From Pseudothermotoga sp. (GTDB lineage: Bacteria > Thermotogota > Thermotogae > Thermotogales > DSM-5069), in the NCBI GenBank assembly GCA_041640575.1, contig JBEPZZ010000004.1, positions 5,392 to 69,391 of the forward strand: 64,000 bases of DNA, read 5' to 3'. The notes below the pieces were generated by a model that was not told the DNA's origin, made no database searches, and saw only the letters and a program-made list of their open reading frames with translations. Positions 29,627 through 39,910 of the stretch are shown here, one piece after another (positions within the stretch are counted from its first letter, which is position 1; every line of letters begins with the position of its first letter). The translations under genes and the position numbers were made by a program.

Positions 29627-32571
29627 TACATCACCGCTTTGGGGTTCATCAAGACTTTACATATTCCTTTTGCTCTCTGAACCAAATAAGGCTTGGTTAT
29701 TGCTTCAAAATAAATGATGTCGAGTTCTCCTTCGAACATTCTAGAAGATTGACGTGAAATGTCCACCTTTGACAGATCTATCCGACCATCTTTCACAGTT
29801 GCACCCAGTTCTTTCAAAACATTCAAAAGAACTTTACCGTAAGAAATACTTTTGAGCAAGCCATTTCTAACTAATTCTTCTAAAAACCCTTTTTCTTCCA
29901 TTTCCTTATCACCAAAAATTTTCAAAACTTGTTCCACCTTTTCATGATTTGGAAAAAGCTCCTTTAGCTCTTCCTTTCTGACTTCAATATCCTTCGTATC
30001 AAAGCATAGGTCTATTACTTGGCTTGTTCCGTCGAGCGAAAGACTATCAAGAATCTCAAAGAGACTGAGCGGAACATCGCCAACAGCTATTTCGACGTCT
30101 TGCCACAACATTGCTGGTATTCCGTCGGTATTTGTGACACACAGCAACTTTTTGAATTTTCTCTTCTTTATTTGATTTATAATTGTAGCCTTTTGCTGAG
30201 GTTTGAGATTATGTGTGTATACCAAGAAGTCGGTCGGTTTCCAGATTTGAGATACTTTGGCGTAAAAGCTACTCATATTGGATTTCGATGAGAATAGAAA
30301 ACATGAAGCATCATTCAAAACAGAATCTAAACCTGTTGTAACGTCAACCAATCCAAAAGCTGGTTTCATACTCTTTTGGTAGACCAGGTAAAACCCAACT
30401 TCACGCGCAAAGTCGTAAAGATCATCAGGGCACTTAACACTTATTGCGATAAATTTGTTCGAATTTTTTCTAATAATATCTAGAAACTTCGACACATAGG
30501 GATTTTCACGGAAAGTCCTAAAAAGTGCCAGCTCGTTTACAATTACAAGATCATAAGCACGTAATATTCTTTCAATGTGTTCAACAAAATAAACAACAGT
30601 TGCAAAAGCAAACCTACTGGATGGAATTTTATTCAAGGAATTAAGATAATCAACAGATGTTGTAGCATGTCTCAGCAAGCTCTGGTAGCTTTGAAGTGTA
30701 ATGACATTGTTTGGTGAGACAACAACAGTTCTAAATTTGGCATTTTCGAGAATCCACTTGAAAATAGCATTTCTTGTTCTTATATCCACCACAAAGAATT
30801 CGTGTCCCTTTAAGTTCATTAAGACTTCTTCCAGATGCGATGGTCTACGAGTAGAAACTGTCTTTCCTGTAACAACTGCCAATTCAGATCTTTCGAAGGA
30901 AGCATCTAAAACATTCAGAACAGGCTGTTGACCATTCCTTTTGATCGTAAAAACCAAATCAACTTTTGCGGTTCCATTCCGCAAACCTTCTTCAAAGAAT
31001 TGACCTAAACCAAAGCCAAGAGCTTCAAATTTCTTGCTGCCAGAAATAACAGAAAACCTGACATTCGCATCATTTGGTCCGAAAATCTTCGCGTTATCAA
31101 TGGTAACGTCTTTTGCAACAAAAACTGGTTCGGGGTTTCCATTACCAAAAGGTTCTAACACCTTTAACTGCATCAAAAACTCTTCTCCAATTTCTTGTAG
31201 GCTTATCTCACTGTCAATCACTATATAATATCCAGGATCCTCAACAATTGGGATTTCATAGTCTTTAAGCTTTTCGATGAAAGAATCTATGAGTTCAAGA
31301 TCGATCGTGAACCCAACAGCAAGAGGATGACCACCAAATTCTTTGAAATAGGGTGAAAATGGCTCCAAAATTTCTATTAAATTTATGTTTTCTGGGCTTC
31401 TCGCTGACCCTCTAGCCTCGTCCTCACCAATCGAAATAACCAAGACAGGTTTCCCATATCTCTGGCATAGTCGTGTAGCGACGATCCCAAGAACTCCAAC
31501 ATGCCAGTTCTCCCCATAAACAGCTATAATCGAATTTCTGTAAAGTTCGTGTTCTTCTATTTGTTCAACAGCCATGGAATAGATTTCGCCTTCGATTTCT
31601 TGTCTTGTTGTGTTGTATTCAAACAAAAGATTCACCAAATCCATTGCGACTTGACGATCTGTGACCGTCAAAAGCTTGTATGCATCCTCAGCGTAATCAA
31701 GTCTCCCGGCAGCGTTCAACTTTGGTGCAACTCGATAACCGATATCTCTTGAGTCCGGGTAGTCTATGCCGAGCCTAAAAAGTAAAGTTTCCAGCCCAGG
31801 TCTTCTCGTGCTCTTCATTAGCTCAAGACCCTTCTTGACGATGAATCGATTTTCATCCACAAGCTTGACCATATCAGCTATGGTTCCCAGGGCAACAAGA
31901 TCGAGATATTCATATACTTTTTCCTGAGGCAAGTTAAGTTTTCTGGCAAGCGCACAGACAACTTTGAACGCCACGCCTGTACCAGCCAAATCTTTGAAGG
32001 GGTATGTATCGTCTGATCTTTTTGGGTTAACAATTGCTTCCGCACTTGGTAAAACAGCACCAACCTCGTGATGGTCTGTTATTATGACCTTGCAGCCCAA
32101 AGACCTTGCAAGGTTTATGGATTCGACAGCTGTTATGCCACAATCCACAGTGATTATCAACTTTCCACCATTTTGGACGAATTGCTTGACCACTTCTGGC
32201 TGGATTCCATATCCTTCGTCTAATCTCTTCGGAATGTAATGTTCAACAATCCAGCCATTACTTTTTAGAAATTCTTCTAAAACAGCAGTACCCGTTATAC
32301 CATCAACGTCATAGTCGCCATAGATAAGCACAGAAGAACCTTGCGCTCTCGCTTCTAGGAGCAAATCGCAGGTATTTTGCATATCAGAAAGAAGCATCGG
32401 ATCATGCAGATCTTCTGAAGTTGGGTTGAGGAAACGTTTAACTTGTTCTGGATCTGTAATACCTCGATTTACAAGCAACTTCGCCAAAAACTCACTTACG
32501 TTAAGTTCCTTGCTCAGAAGCTCAACTTGCGATTGAGCTGCCTGCTTTACTATCCACCTCACAATCTCCAA
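29626..32571 (-). CDS. recJ: ssDNA exonuclease RecJ with long C-terminal extension
   Basis: IYGDYDVDG, ITVDCG, ITDHH, ALGTIADMV, RGSARS, FGGHPLAVG in the first ~550 aa; 981 aa in total. Confidence 0.92.
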   Translation of the reverse strand: MEIVRWIVKQAAQSQVELLSKELNVSEFLAKLLVNRGITDPEQVKRFLNPTSEDLHDPMLLSDMQNTCDLLLEARAQGSSVLIYGDYDVDGITGTAVLEEFLKSNGWIVEHYIPKRLDEGYGIQPEVVKQFVQNGGKLIITVDCGITAVESINLARSLGCKVIITDHHEVGAVLPSAEAIVNPKRSDDTYPFKDLAGTGVAFKVVCALARKLNLPQEKVYEYLDLVALGTIADMVKLVDENRFIVKKGLELMKSTRRPGLETLLFRLGIDYPDSRDIGYRVAPKLNAAGRLDYAEDAYKLLTVTDRQVAMDLVNLLFEYNTTRQEIEGEIYSMAVEQIEEHELYRNSIIAVYGENWHVGVLGIVATRLCQRYGKPVLVISIGEDEARGSARSPENINLIEILEPFSPYFKEFGGHPLAVGFTIDLELIDSFIEKLKDYEIPIVEDPGYYIVIDSEISLQEIGEEFLMQLKVLEPFGNGNPEPVFVAKDVTIDNAKIFGPNDANVRFSVISGSKKFEALGFGLGQFFEEGLRNGTAKVDLVFTIKRNGQQPVLNVLDASFERSELAVVTGKTVSTRRPSHLEEVLMNLKGHEFFVVDIRTRNAIFKWILENAKFRTVVVSPNNVITLQSYQSLLRHATTSVDYLNSLNKIPSSRFAFATVVYFVEHIERILRAYDLVIVNELALFRTFRENPYVSKFLDIIRKNSNKFIAISVKCPDDLYDFAREVGFYLVYQKSMKPAFGLVDVTTGLDSVLNDASCFLFSSKSNMSSFYAKVSQIWKPTDFLVYTHNLKPQQKATIINQIKKRKFKKLLCVTNTDGIPAMLWQDVEIAVGDVPLSLFEILDSLSLDGTSQVIDLCFDTKDIEVRKEELKELFPNHEKVEQVLKIFGDKEMEEKGFLEELVRNGLLKSISYGKVLLNVLKELGATVKDGRIDLSKVDISRQSSRMFEGELDIIYFEAITKPYLVQRAKGICKVLMNPKAVM

Positions 32572-32749
32572 CTGCCTTTTTCAGACTTTTAAATATATTA
32601 AATCACAAAAAGTTCGGTTCGTGAAGAAGCAAAAGTGCTAAAACTGACAATTACACGGCATAATCTGAATACTTTACTGTAAAAGGTATAGCAAAGATAA
32701 AAATTTTGTAACCAGAAGATCATACAGATATATTTCGGAGGTGAGATTC

Positions 32750-34024
32750 TTGACACTTGACGAATTGGTGGAAAAGGCTGTAACATTCAGAGAACAGAGA
32801 ATACTTTTATTAATTAGCTCTGTTGCCTGGTGTTTTGACGCGGCTGGTGTCATGGTTCTGTCGTTCACACTTCCCTCGATTTCACGCGAATGGGGGCTCA
32901 CACCGCAAGAGGCAGCTCATCTTTCCAGCGCAACATTCATTGGCATGCTGATAGGTGCCTTGTTTGTAGGACTTCTAGCAGATTTATTTGGCAGAAAAGT
33001 TTCAAACGTTTTTTATCTGCTTTTCACCGTTACTTTTACCACTGTCCTTGGATTTTCAAAATCCCAGTCCCAGTATTTCCTGGTCAGGTTACTTGCAGGT
33101 ATAGGTTATGGCGGATTGATGCCGTCAATTAACGCGTATTTATCGGAGTTCACTGGCAGACAAATTCGTGGAAAATATCTGGTTATACTTGAAGCAAGTT
33201 GGGCAATTGGAAGCATACTGATAGGCTTGTTCTCAGTACTTACATTGAATAAACTTGGTTGGAGGTGGAGTTACTGGATTTTCGGCGCAGGCTTTGCCCT
33301 AGTACCGATTTTTCTCTTCATCCCCGAATCTCCAAAGTTTGCATTCCTCAAAAAAGGCAAGGATGGCTTACTAAAAGTTTTGCGTGTGAAAATTGATGAA
33401 GAGATAACTTTGAACAGCAACCCTAAAAATCCTGTGATTTCTGTGATTTCAAGACAGTATTTGAGGGTAAATTTAATGATTTGGACATCATGGTTTGTAG
33501 TCAGTTTTGTTTATTATACTCTTTTCACATGGGCGCCAAAAATTTTTGCGCAACAAGGAGTTGGTGCTGTTAGATCGCTTTGGTATACCTTTTTCATGAT
33601 GTTAGCGCAACTTCCTGGCTATCTATCTGCAGCTTACTTCATAGAAAAACTTGGTCGAAGGCCTTCGCTATCCATATACTTTTTTGGAACAGCCTTGAGT
33701 GCCGTTCTTTGGACTTATGTTTCAAACACAGTTTTACTGATAATTATAGCCTTAGTTTTATCTTTCTTTACACTCGGCGTGTGGGGACTTGTTTATGCTT
33801 ACACACCCGAGCTATATCCGACCTCAATAAGAGGCTCTGGAAATGGCCTTGCTGGTGTGATTGCAAGAATTGCTGGTATTTTGGCACCACAATTTGGAGG
33901 ATTTATGCTGCAGAGTAATGCCTCATTACTTCAGATCTTCTTAATCCTTGCAGCTCTATCTGTAATCGCAGGGCTGGTGGTCGCAATCTATGGAGTAGAA
34001 ACTAAAGGCAAGGAAATTTCATGA
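32750..34024 (+). CDS. MFS transporter, NiaP/YceI-like
   Basis: WCFDAAGVMVLSF, GLLADLFGRK (motif A), AYTPELYPTSIRGSG; TTG 32750 after GGAGGTGA; substrate (niacin?) is inferred only. Confidence 0.8.
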   Translation: MTLDELVEKAVTFREQRILLLISSVAWCFDAAGVMVLSFTLPSISREWGLTPQEAAHLSSATFIGMLIGALFVGLLADLFGRKVSNVFYLLFTVTFTTVLGFSKSQSQYFLVRLLAGIGYGGLMPSINAYLSEFTGRQIRGKYLVILEASWAIGSILIGLFSVLTLNKLGWRWSYWIFGAGFALVPIFLFIPESPKFAFLKKGKDGLLKVLRVKIDEEITLNSNPKNPVISVISRQYLRVNLMIWTSWFVVSFVYYTLFTWAPKIFAQQGVGAVRSLWYTFFMMLAQLPGYLSAAYFIEKLGRRPSLSIYFFGTALSAVLWTYVSNTVLLIIIALVLSFFTLGVWGLVYAYTPELYPTSIRGSGNGLAGVIARIAGILAPQFGGFMLQSNASLLQIFLILAALSVIAGLVVAIYGVETKGKEIS

Positions 34025-34028
34025 AAAG

Positions 34029-34052
34029 AAAGGCAGCCCTCTGGCTGCCTTT
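34029..34052. terminator. Bidirectional terminator hairpin between convergent transporters
   Basis: AAAGGCAGCC-CTCT-GGCTGCCTTT with A-rich and T-rich flanks. Confidence 0.75.
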
Positions 34053-35345
34053 TCACAAAATAACCCAGGCAACTGCTGTTGCAATTATTAAAGACAGTAT
34101 GGTTCTTTCTAACCAAATTATCAAGAGTTCAGGGATGCTTATTGGAATCTCAGTTGAAAGAATGCACGGTATAGAAGCAGAAAAGAACAACACCGCAGAT
34201 ATTGAAACAATGCCAACGACAAACCTACTGATAAGCGGTGCATTCACAGTAAGTAACGCTGGCAAGAACATTTCAGCAATTTCAACTGCAGAAGCTTTCG
34301 CAACCAAGAATGCTTCGGGCAGCCTCAGTAATGCCGTAAATGGGTAAAAGATCCAACCTAAAATGTCGAAAACAGGAGTGTATGTAGCTAAGATCAATCC
34401 AATGAATCCAACGGACATTATCGTTGGAAGTATGGTCAAAGCCATTCTGAAACCAGCCTTTAAATTTTGCCAAATTCCAACGAAAAACCTTGGAGCTTTA
34501 CTGGCTGCAGCTATAGCCTCATTCCAAGCTACAGCAAGCAGATTTTCACGAACTTCCTTTTCTGGATTTGGTGTTCCAACATAATCATCCCTTTTTCCCG
34601 AAAGCGGCCACAATCTTGCAGTGATAGCGGTGACAGCAAAAGTTACGAAAGCTGATGCCCAAAAGAATTTGTTCCATATATCCATCAGTTTTAGCGTTCT
34701 TGCAACAATTATCATGAACGTAGCGGAAACTGTGGAAAATCCAGTTGCTATTATGGCGGCTTCTCTTATCGTGTATTTCCCCTCTTTGAAAACCTTGTTG
34801 GTTATGAGTAAAGCAATCGAGTAACTACCAACGAAAGACGCTACAGCATCGATAGCTGATCGTCCTGGCGTTTTGAACAAAGTTCTCATAACTGGTCTCA
34901 TCAAAGAACCGACAAATTCCATCAAACCGTAACCAACCAAGAATGCCAAAAAAACAGAACCTATTGGAACAATCAGACCTACTGGTACAACTAATCTGTT
35001 AAGCAAAAACGGTCCTATGTCAGGTCTCATCATCCATTTTGGTCCTATTTTGAAATATACGAGGATTACGATAACTGCACCGAAGATTTTGAGGAAAGCA
35101 AAAACGAACTCAGTTTTTGACTTCTTGTATGCCTTAGTAATCCATGGAAAAACTGCTCCAACAAGTGTGACTAACAGTCCGTAAATGACTGCAACACTTG
35201 CGAGATTGTTTCGGATCCATGTGACAATGTGATCTAGCGGGATCGACGTTGTACTGTTTAACCTGATAGGTATGAAGAACATAAAGATACCAACAGCACT
35301 TAGCAACAAAAACTTCAACGCAGCGCCCGTTCTTGCCACCAGCAT
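34053..35345 (-). CDS. YjiH-family (GATE domain, COG3314-like) membrane transporter
   Basis: MRPVMRTLFKTPGRSAIDAVASFVGS, EAAIIATGFSTVS, EIAEMFLPA, FFSASIP; ATG 35345 after AGGAGG. Confidence 0.8.
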   Translation of the reverse strand: MLVARTGAALKFLLLSAVGIFMFFIPIRLNSTTSIPLDHIVTWIRNNLASVAVIYGLLVTLVGAVFPWITKAYKKSKTEFVFAFLKIFGAVIVILVYFKIGPKWMMRPDIGPFLLNRLVVPVGLIVPIGSVFLAFLVGYGLMEFVGSLMRPVMRTLFKTPGRSAIDAVASFVGSYSIALLITNKVFKEGKYTIREAAIIATGFSTVSATFMIIVARTLKLMDIWNKFFWASAFVTFAVTAITARLWPLSGKRDDYVGTPNPEKEVRENLLAVAWNEAIAAASKAPRFFVGIWQNLKAGFRMALTILPTIMSVGFIGLILATYTPVFDILGWIFYPFTALLRLPEAFLVAKASAVEIAEMFLPALLTVNAPLISRFVVGIVSISAVLFFSASIPCILSTEIPISIPELLIIWLERTILSLIIATAVAWVIL

Positions 35346-36006
35346 CCCTCCTTTTAAAAAGTATGAAAAACCCCCAACGTTGACTGGTGTAAAAACAAGC
35401 TGTATTTTACAAAATATTATCAAAAAACAACCAAGGAAAGCAACAAAATAAGTCCAATTAGTTAAGTAAGAAAATATAGAATAGTGGCTTTGGTCACAGC
35501 AATTTAGGACGATCTTTTGACATTAGTTTAAACTATGAGTTGATGCAATTAGAACTTTTGCTGAATTACACATCAATCATATCGAGGATGTGTTCATAGT
35601 TTCCTTCTTTACGTAAAAAACTGTTGAAAACCACTACATTTGTTTCTCGAAAAACCTCAAAGAAAGCCAACTAATCTGTGAAAGATGATTGTCTAAGAAC
35701 AATAATCATACAGTCAGATAAGTACAACAATCTTGTGAAATTGGAGCTCGAAAAGAGTCAGTCACAAGTCATAAAAAATTAATTCGATGAAAATTGTGTA
35801 TGAATTATAAATACAAAAGATGAATAAGAAACTTCTTGCTTGAAGATGTAGAAAATTTGCTGTGTGTTTTTTCGAAACATTACTTTCGCATGTATAGCAC
35901 TTTTATAATTATGCAATTTGCAAAATCTTAGCTAAACCTTTCGTTCAATGCGATAAGATACTTAGTGCAAACAAAAATCAAACTAACGTCTTTGGGGTGT
36001 TTCGCT

Positions 36007-36684
36007 TTGAAAATCAAAAAAATTCTTGAAGAAGATTACCACTTGTACTTTCCTGACAAAGTCTTAGAAACTATTGACAAATACCTTCAACTCTTACTCA
36101 ATGCTCCATTGAATCTCACAAGTATCAACGATTATGCTGAAGCTGTTCACAAACATGTGGCTGATGTTTTAGTACCGATAGACCAAATTAACGGGTCTGT
36201 TTTAGATGTTGGAACAGGAGCGGGAATACCTGGCTTGATAATCGCCATTGTCTTTCCAGTCACAGTAACGCTGTTAGATTCTTCTGAAAAGAAGGTTGCT
36301 TGGTTAAGAAAAACAATTGAAAAGTTAGGCGTGCTGAACGTTGATACTGTTGTAGCAAGAGCTGAGGATCTGGCGAGGAATTTGGTGGAAAAGTTTGACT
36401 TCGTAACTGCTCGTGCGGTCGCAGAACTCAGGATCTTGCTTGAGCTTTGTGCGCCATTCTGCAAGATTGGTGGACAGCTTTATTTTTACAAAGGCCCAAA
36501 TTGGAAAACAGAGTACGAAGTTTCGAAAAATGCCGAAAGGATTTTGAATGTTAGACTAAAAGATGTGGTCAAATACAAACTCGCCAGTGGTGAACAGAGA
36601 GCTTTGCTGATCTTCGAAAAAATTGGCTCAACTGATCAAAAATTTCCGAGAAAATACAACCAAATTCTCAAAAAGCCTCTTTGA
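36007..36684 (+). CDS. rsmG: 16S rRNA m7G527 methyltransferase
   Basis: NLTSI, KHVAD, VLDVGTGAGIPG, RAEDL, VTARAVA, KFPRK; probable TTG start 36007. Confidence 0.92.
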   Translation: MKIKKILEEDYHLYFPDKVLETIDKYLQLLLNAPLNLTSINDYAEAVHKHVADVLVPIDQINGSVLDVGTGAGIPGLIIAIVFPVTVTLLDSSEKKVAWLRKTIEKLGVLNVDTVVARAEDLARNLVEKFDFVTARAVAELRILLELCAPFCKIGGQLYFYKGPNWKTEYEVSKNAERILNVRLKDVVKYKLASGEQRALLIFEKIGSTDQKFPRKYNQILKKPL

Positions 36685-36694
36685 GGTGAAGGAC

Positions 36695-37429
36695 ATGAAA
36701 GTCTTGAGGACTTGGAACTTGGATGGAAAACTGAATATGTCTTTGGATGTAGTACTTTCGGAGTGTGCAGAAGAACCCATTTTGAGATTTTACACATGGG
36801 CCAAACCGACACTTTCACTGGGAAGGCATCAAAAAAGGGTGGATTTAGATTTTGAATATCTGAAGAGAAAGGACTTTGACTGTGTGGTTAGACCAACAGG
36901 AGGAAGAGCTGTCCTTCACTGGGAGGAATTGACTTATAGCATAATCATTCCTGCGAACCATGAACTTTACAAAAAAACTGTTTTGGAGCGATATCTTTTG
37001 ATAAGCGAATGCATATGTACCGCACTTGAAAGCCTTGGTTACAATGTAAACCTTGAGAAAACCAAGCACTCAGCAAACACCCCAGCTTGTTTTGATTCTC
37101 CTTCAATTTATGAATTGACAATCGATGGAAAGAAAATTGTTGGGAGCGCGCAAATGAAAACAGAAAAGGCAATCCTTCAACACGGATCAATAATCTTAAA
37201 ACCACACTTGAAAGAATATGCAAGACTTTTAAAAATAAATATGAATGCACTCGAAAACAGAATGAGTGGTTTATATGAATACAAATACATAGACATTGGA
37301 AAACTCTGCCTGGCTCTTGAAAACGAATTTGAAAAACTACTTGGCAAAGCCGTAAACTTAGTAATGAGCAATGAATTGTTCCTTAAAGCTTGGCAGCGAA
37401 GGGATGAGTTCATTTGGCTGGGAAGCTGA
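36695..37429 (+). CDS. Lipoate-protein ligase A / LipM-family protein
   Basis: NMSLD, LRFYTWAKPTLSLGRHQ, VRPTGGRAVLH, CF...S.YE, KIVGSAQ, LQHGSI. Confidence 0.85.
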   Translation: MKVLRTWNLDGKLNMSLDVVLSECAEEPILRFYTWAKPTLSLGRHQKRVDLDFEYLKRKDFDCVVRPTGGRAVLHWEELTYSIIIPANHELYKKTVLERYLLISECICTALESLGYNVNLEKTKHSANTPACFDSPSIYELTIDGKKIVGSAQMKTEKAILQHGSIILKPHLKEYARLLKINMNALENRMSGLYEYKYIDIGKLCLALENEFEKLLGKAVNLVMSNELFLKAWQRRDEFIWLGS

Positions 37430-38085
37430 TAATAGTTGGAACACCAATAGGTAACATGATGGATATCACGATAAGGGCTATTAAAGCGCTGAGGAATGCT
37501 GATGTAATCTTAGCTGAAGACACAAGAAGAACGTTGAAACTTTTAAAATTCTTTAGAATTGAAGGAAAACCTGTTTATTCCTATGGGGTGCACAACGAAG
37601 ATAAGAGTATTCCAATGATACTTAAAATGCTCCAAGAGGGCAAGACAATCTGCCTCGTAACTGACTCTGGAATGCCATGTGTCTCAGATCCTGGAGCTTT
37701 GCTTGTGGATGCATGCTGGAGAAAAGGAATTGAGCTTGATGTCATGCCTGGTCCAAGTGCCCTAACATCCGCACTTGCGCTTTGCGGTTTCAACGTATCT
37801 CGAGTTCATTTTGTGGGGTTTTTGCCAAGGGGAAAAAGGCGCAGAAGACTTTTTAGGAATCTAAAAGATGAGCATGGAGTTTTAGTCTTTTTCGAAGCAC
37901 CTGTTAGAGTATCCGAAACCTTGAAGGAAATTCTTGAAATAATAGGAGACAACGAGATTTTCATAGCAAGGGAATTGACAAAAGCTTTTCAACAGCTTTA
38001 TCGAGGAAAAGTAAGTGATGCTGTAGAATTGTTCAAGGAAACAAAAGGTGAACTTACACTTGTTCTGAAACTCCAAGGGGGTTAA
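37414..38085 (+). CDS. rsmI: 16S rRNA 2'-O-ribose C1402 methyltransferase
   Basis: LIIVGTPIGN, AEDTR, TDSGMPCVSDPG, PGPSA, GFLP, ARELTK. Confidence 0.92.
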   Translation: MAGKLIIVGTPIGNMMDITIRAIKALRNADVILAEDTRRTLKLLKFFRIEGKPVYSYGVHNEDKSIPMILKMLQEGKTICLVTDSGMPCVSDPGALLVDACWRKGIELDVMPGPSALTSALALCGFNVSRVHFVGFLPRGKRRRRLFRNLKDEHGVLVFFEAPVRVSETLKEILEIIGDNEIFIARELTKAFQQLYRGKVSDAVELFKETKGELTLVLKLQGG

Positions 38086-38088
38086 AGA

Positions 38089-38514
38089 ATGAGAGAAAAC
38101 TTGGAAAAAATCTTAAGAGAAATCTGTTTTATTGTGAAGGTTGAAGGAAGACTAGTCCTAAAGGACTATCCAATAACACCAGCACAATTCGATCTGCTGC
38201 AAAGGCTTTATTTTCGCGGCCCAATGAGGATGACAGAACTTAGTACTAATCTTGGAATAGCAAAGAGTACTCTAAGCGGAATTGTAAAGAGACTCGAAAC
38301 TATGAAGTATGTAAAAAGAGAGCGAGGGACAGACAAACGCGTTTTCCTTATCTCAATTACAAACAAAGGCGAAGAAATTGTTCAAGCCGTGATTCAAAAG
38401 AGAGTTGATTTCATAGGAAAGGTTATCGAGACGTTTGGCGAGAAGAAAACCAAACAGCTTTATTCCATACTCCTAGAATTCAAAGAAGGGATCGAAAAAT
38501 GCAGAAGTTCGTAG
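38089..38514 (+). CDS. MarR-family transcriptional regulator
   Basis: ITPAQFDLL, TELSTNLGIAKSTLSGIVKRLE, DKRVFLISIT.KG. Confidence 0.88.
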   Translation: MRENLEKILREICFIVKVEGRLVLKDYPITPAQFDLLQRLYFRGPMRMTELSTNLGIAKSTLSGIVKRLETMKYVKRERGTDKRVFLISITNKGEEIVQAVIQKRVDFIGKVIETFGEKKTKQLYSILLEFKEGIEKCRSS

Positions 38515-39896
38515 TTCTCATTCTGCTTGTAACCAGTATAAGTTTCGGGGTTTACATTCAAACTAATGTTCCTTACGTTGAGATAAGGCAGAACAACGTT
38601 TTGCTTGCAATAACGGACAGAAGCGGTTTTGCGAAGATCGATCTTCAGATTCCTGGCAAGGTCGTACTCTCAAAACCAGGATATTTCCCGAAGGAACTTG
38701 ATATAACAAATCTAGAAGCCACCTACTATGTGCAACTGACACCTGCAGCGATTATTTTTGTTCAATCTGATCCAGATGGAGCAGAAGTTTTTCTTGATAA
38801 TACAAAGATAGGCACAACACCAATTCAATTGGATGTGTCACCTGGAGTTCATACTGTGAGAATTGAGAAAGAAGGTTTCTGCGTATACGAAGAAAAAGTT
38901 GCAGTTGAGGTGTTTGACAAAGTTCAGATTAATGTGAATCTTTCTAAGACCCCAAAAGTAAGGATAGTCTCGACCCCAACTGCAGACGTCTACATAAATG
39001 GTAGGGCTTTCGGCAAGACACCTGTGGAAGTCGAACTTAATCAAGGGAAACACAGCATTGAACTCAGAAGGGAGAACTATTTTGATTTGTCGCAAACAAT
39101 AGAGGTGAATAATTTTCAAAACCAATTCTTCGAATTCACGCTTCAGCCATGCGCATATGTCAAAATCACTGCAACACCTAGTCATGCATTTGTACTGCTT
39201 GGCGATGAACGAAGACTTCAGTCTTCAGTTTTTGGACCACTTGATTTGACCGACAAAACTTTCTTTATTGACGCACTTGGGTATAAGAGGGAAGCTATCG
39301 TTGTGAAACCAAAACAAGGACTAAATGAACATCACGTTGTTCTTGAACCTTCCGTTTACGAGATTGATTTGCAAATTGATGGGAATGCTACTGCTACTTT
39401 GGATGGGATGATGCTTGGAGAAGGACCGAGACGCTTACGACTTAATGGGGAAATTCATTTTGTCGAAGTTCAACAAGGCAGCAAGAGATGGGCAGGGATA
39501 GTGAACCTTTCCCAACAGACAACAATTGTGCCGGATTTCAATTACGCAACAGTTATAATGCTTGGGGATAAATTGAGAAGATACGTAATACAAAATGTGG
39601 AATACCGTCCACCTGCGATCGTCTATTTGCCAGCCGGAGTTTATAAAATCAAAGTAGATGAATCAGAAAGAACACTGGAACTTCAGGCTGGTACTGTAAC
39701 CTATCTCAAACAGGAAGGTTATGGATATCTGAATGTTTTCAACTCGCTTGTTGTAGAGGCAACACTTAATTCACAATTTATTGGATTAACTCCTGTGCTA
39801 TTCTATCCACTGAAGCCTGGCAGATACAACTTGAATTTTGGAGATAAGAACATTTCAGTGATTGTATCAGAAGGGCAGATTTTAGTAGTTCGATAG
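38499..39896 (+). CDS. Secreted PEGA-repeat protein
   Basis: Signal peptide; repeats VQSDPDGAEVFLDNTKIGTTP...GVHTVRIEKEGF and VSTPTADVYINGRAFGKTP. Confidence 0.8.
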   Translation: MQKFVVLILLVTSISFGVYIQTNVPYVEIRQNNVLLAITDRSGFAKIDLQIPGKVVLSKPGYFPKELDITNLEATYYVQLTPAAIIFVQSDPDGAEVFLDNTKIGTTPIQLDVSPGVHTVRIEKEGFCVYEEKVAVEVFDKVQINVNLSKTPKVRIVSTPTADVYINGRAFGKTPVEVELNQGKHSIELRRENYFDLSQTIEVNNFQNQFFEFTLQPCAYVKITATPSHAFVLLGDERRLQSSVFGPLDLTDKTFFIDALGYKREAIVVKPKQGLNEHHVVLEPSVYEIDLQIDGNATATLDGMMLGEGPRRLRLNGEIHFVEVQQGSKRWAGIVNLSQQTTIVPDFNYATVIMLGDKLRRYVIQNVEYRPPAIVYLPAGVYKIKVDESERTLELQAGTVTYLKQEGYGYLNVFNSLVVEATLNSQFIGLTPVLFYPLKPGRYNLNFGDKNISVIVSEGQILVVR

Positions 39897-39910
39897 CGGA
39901 GGTGATTTGC

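Noticed and set aside
35346-35700. Lysine riboswitch or T-box upstream of the YjiH-family transporter
   Set aside because: No conserved riboswitch or T-box motifs and no terminator hairpin visible on the minus strand
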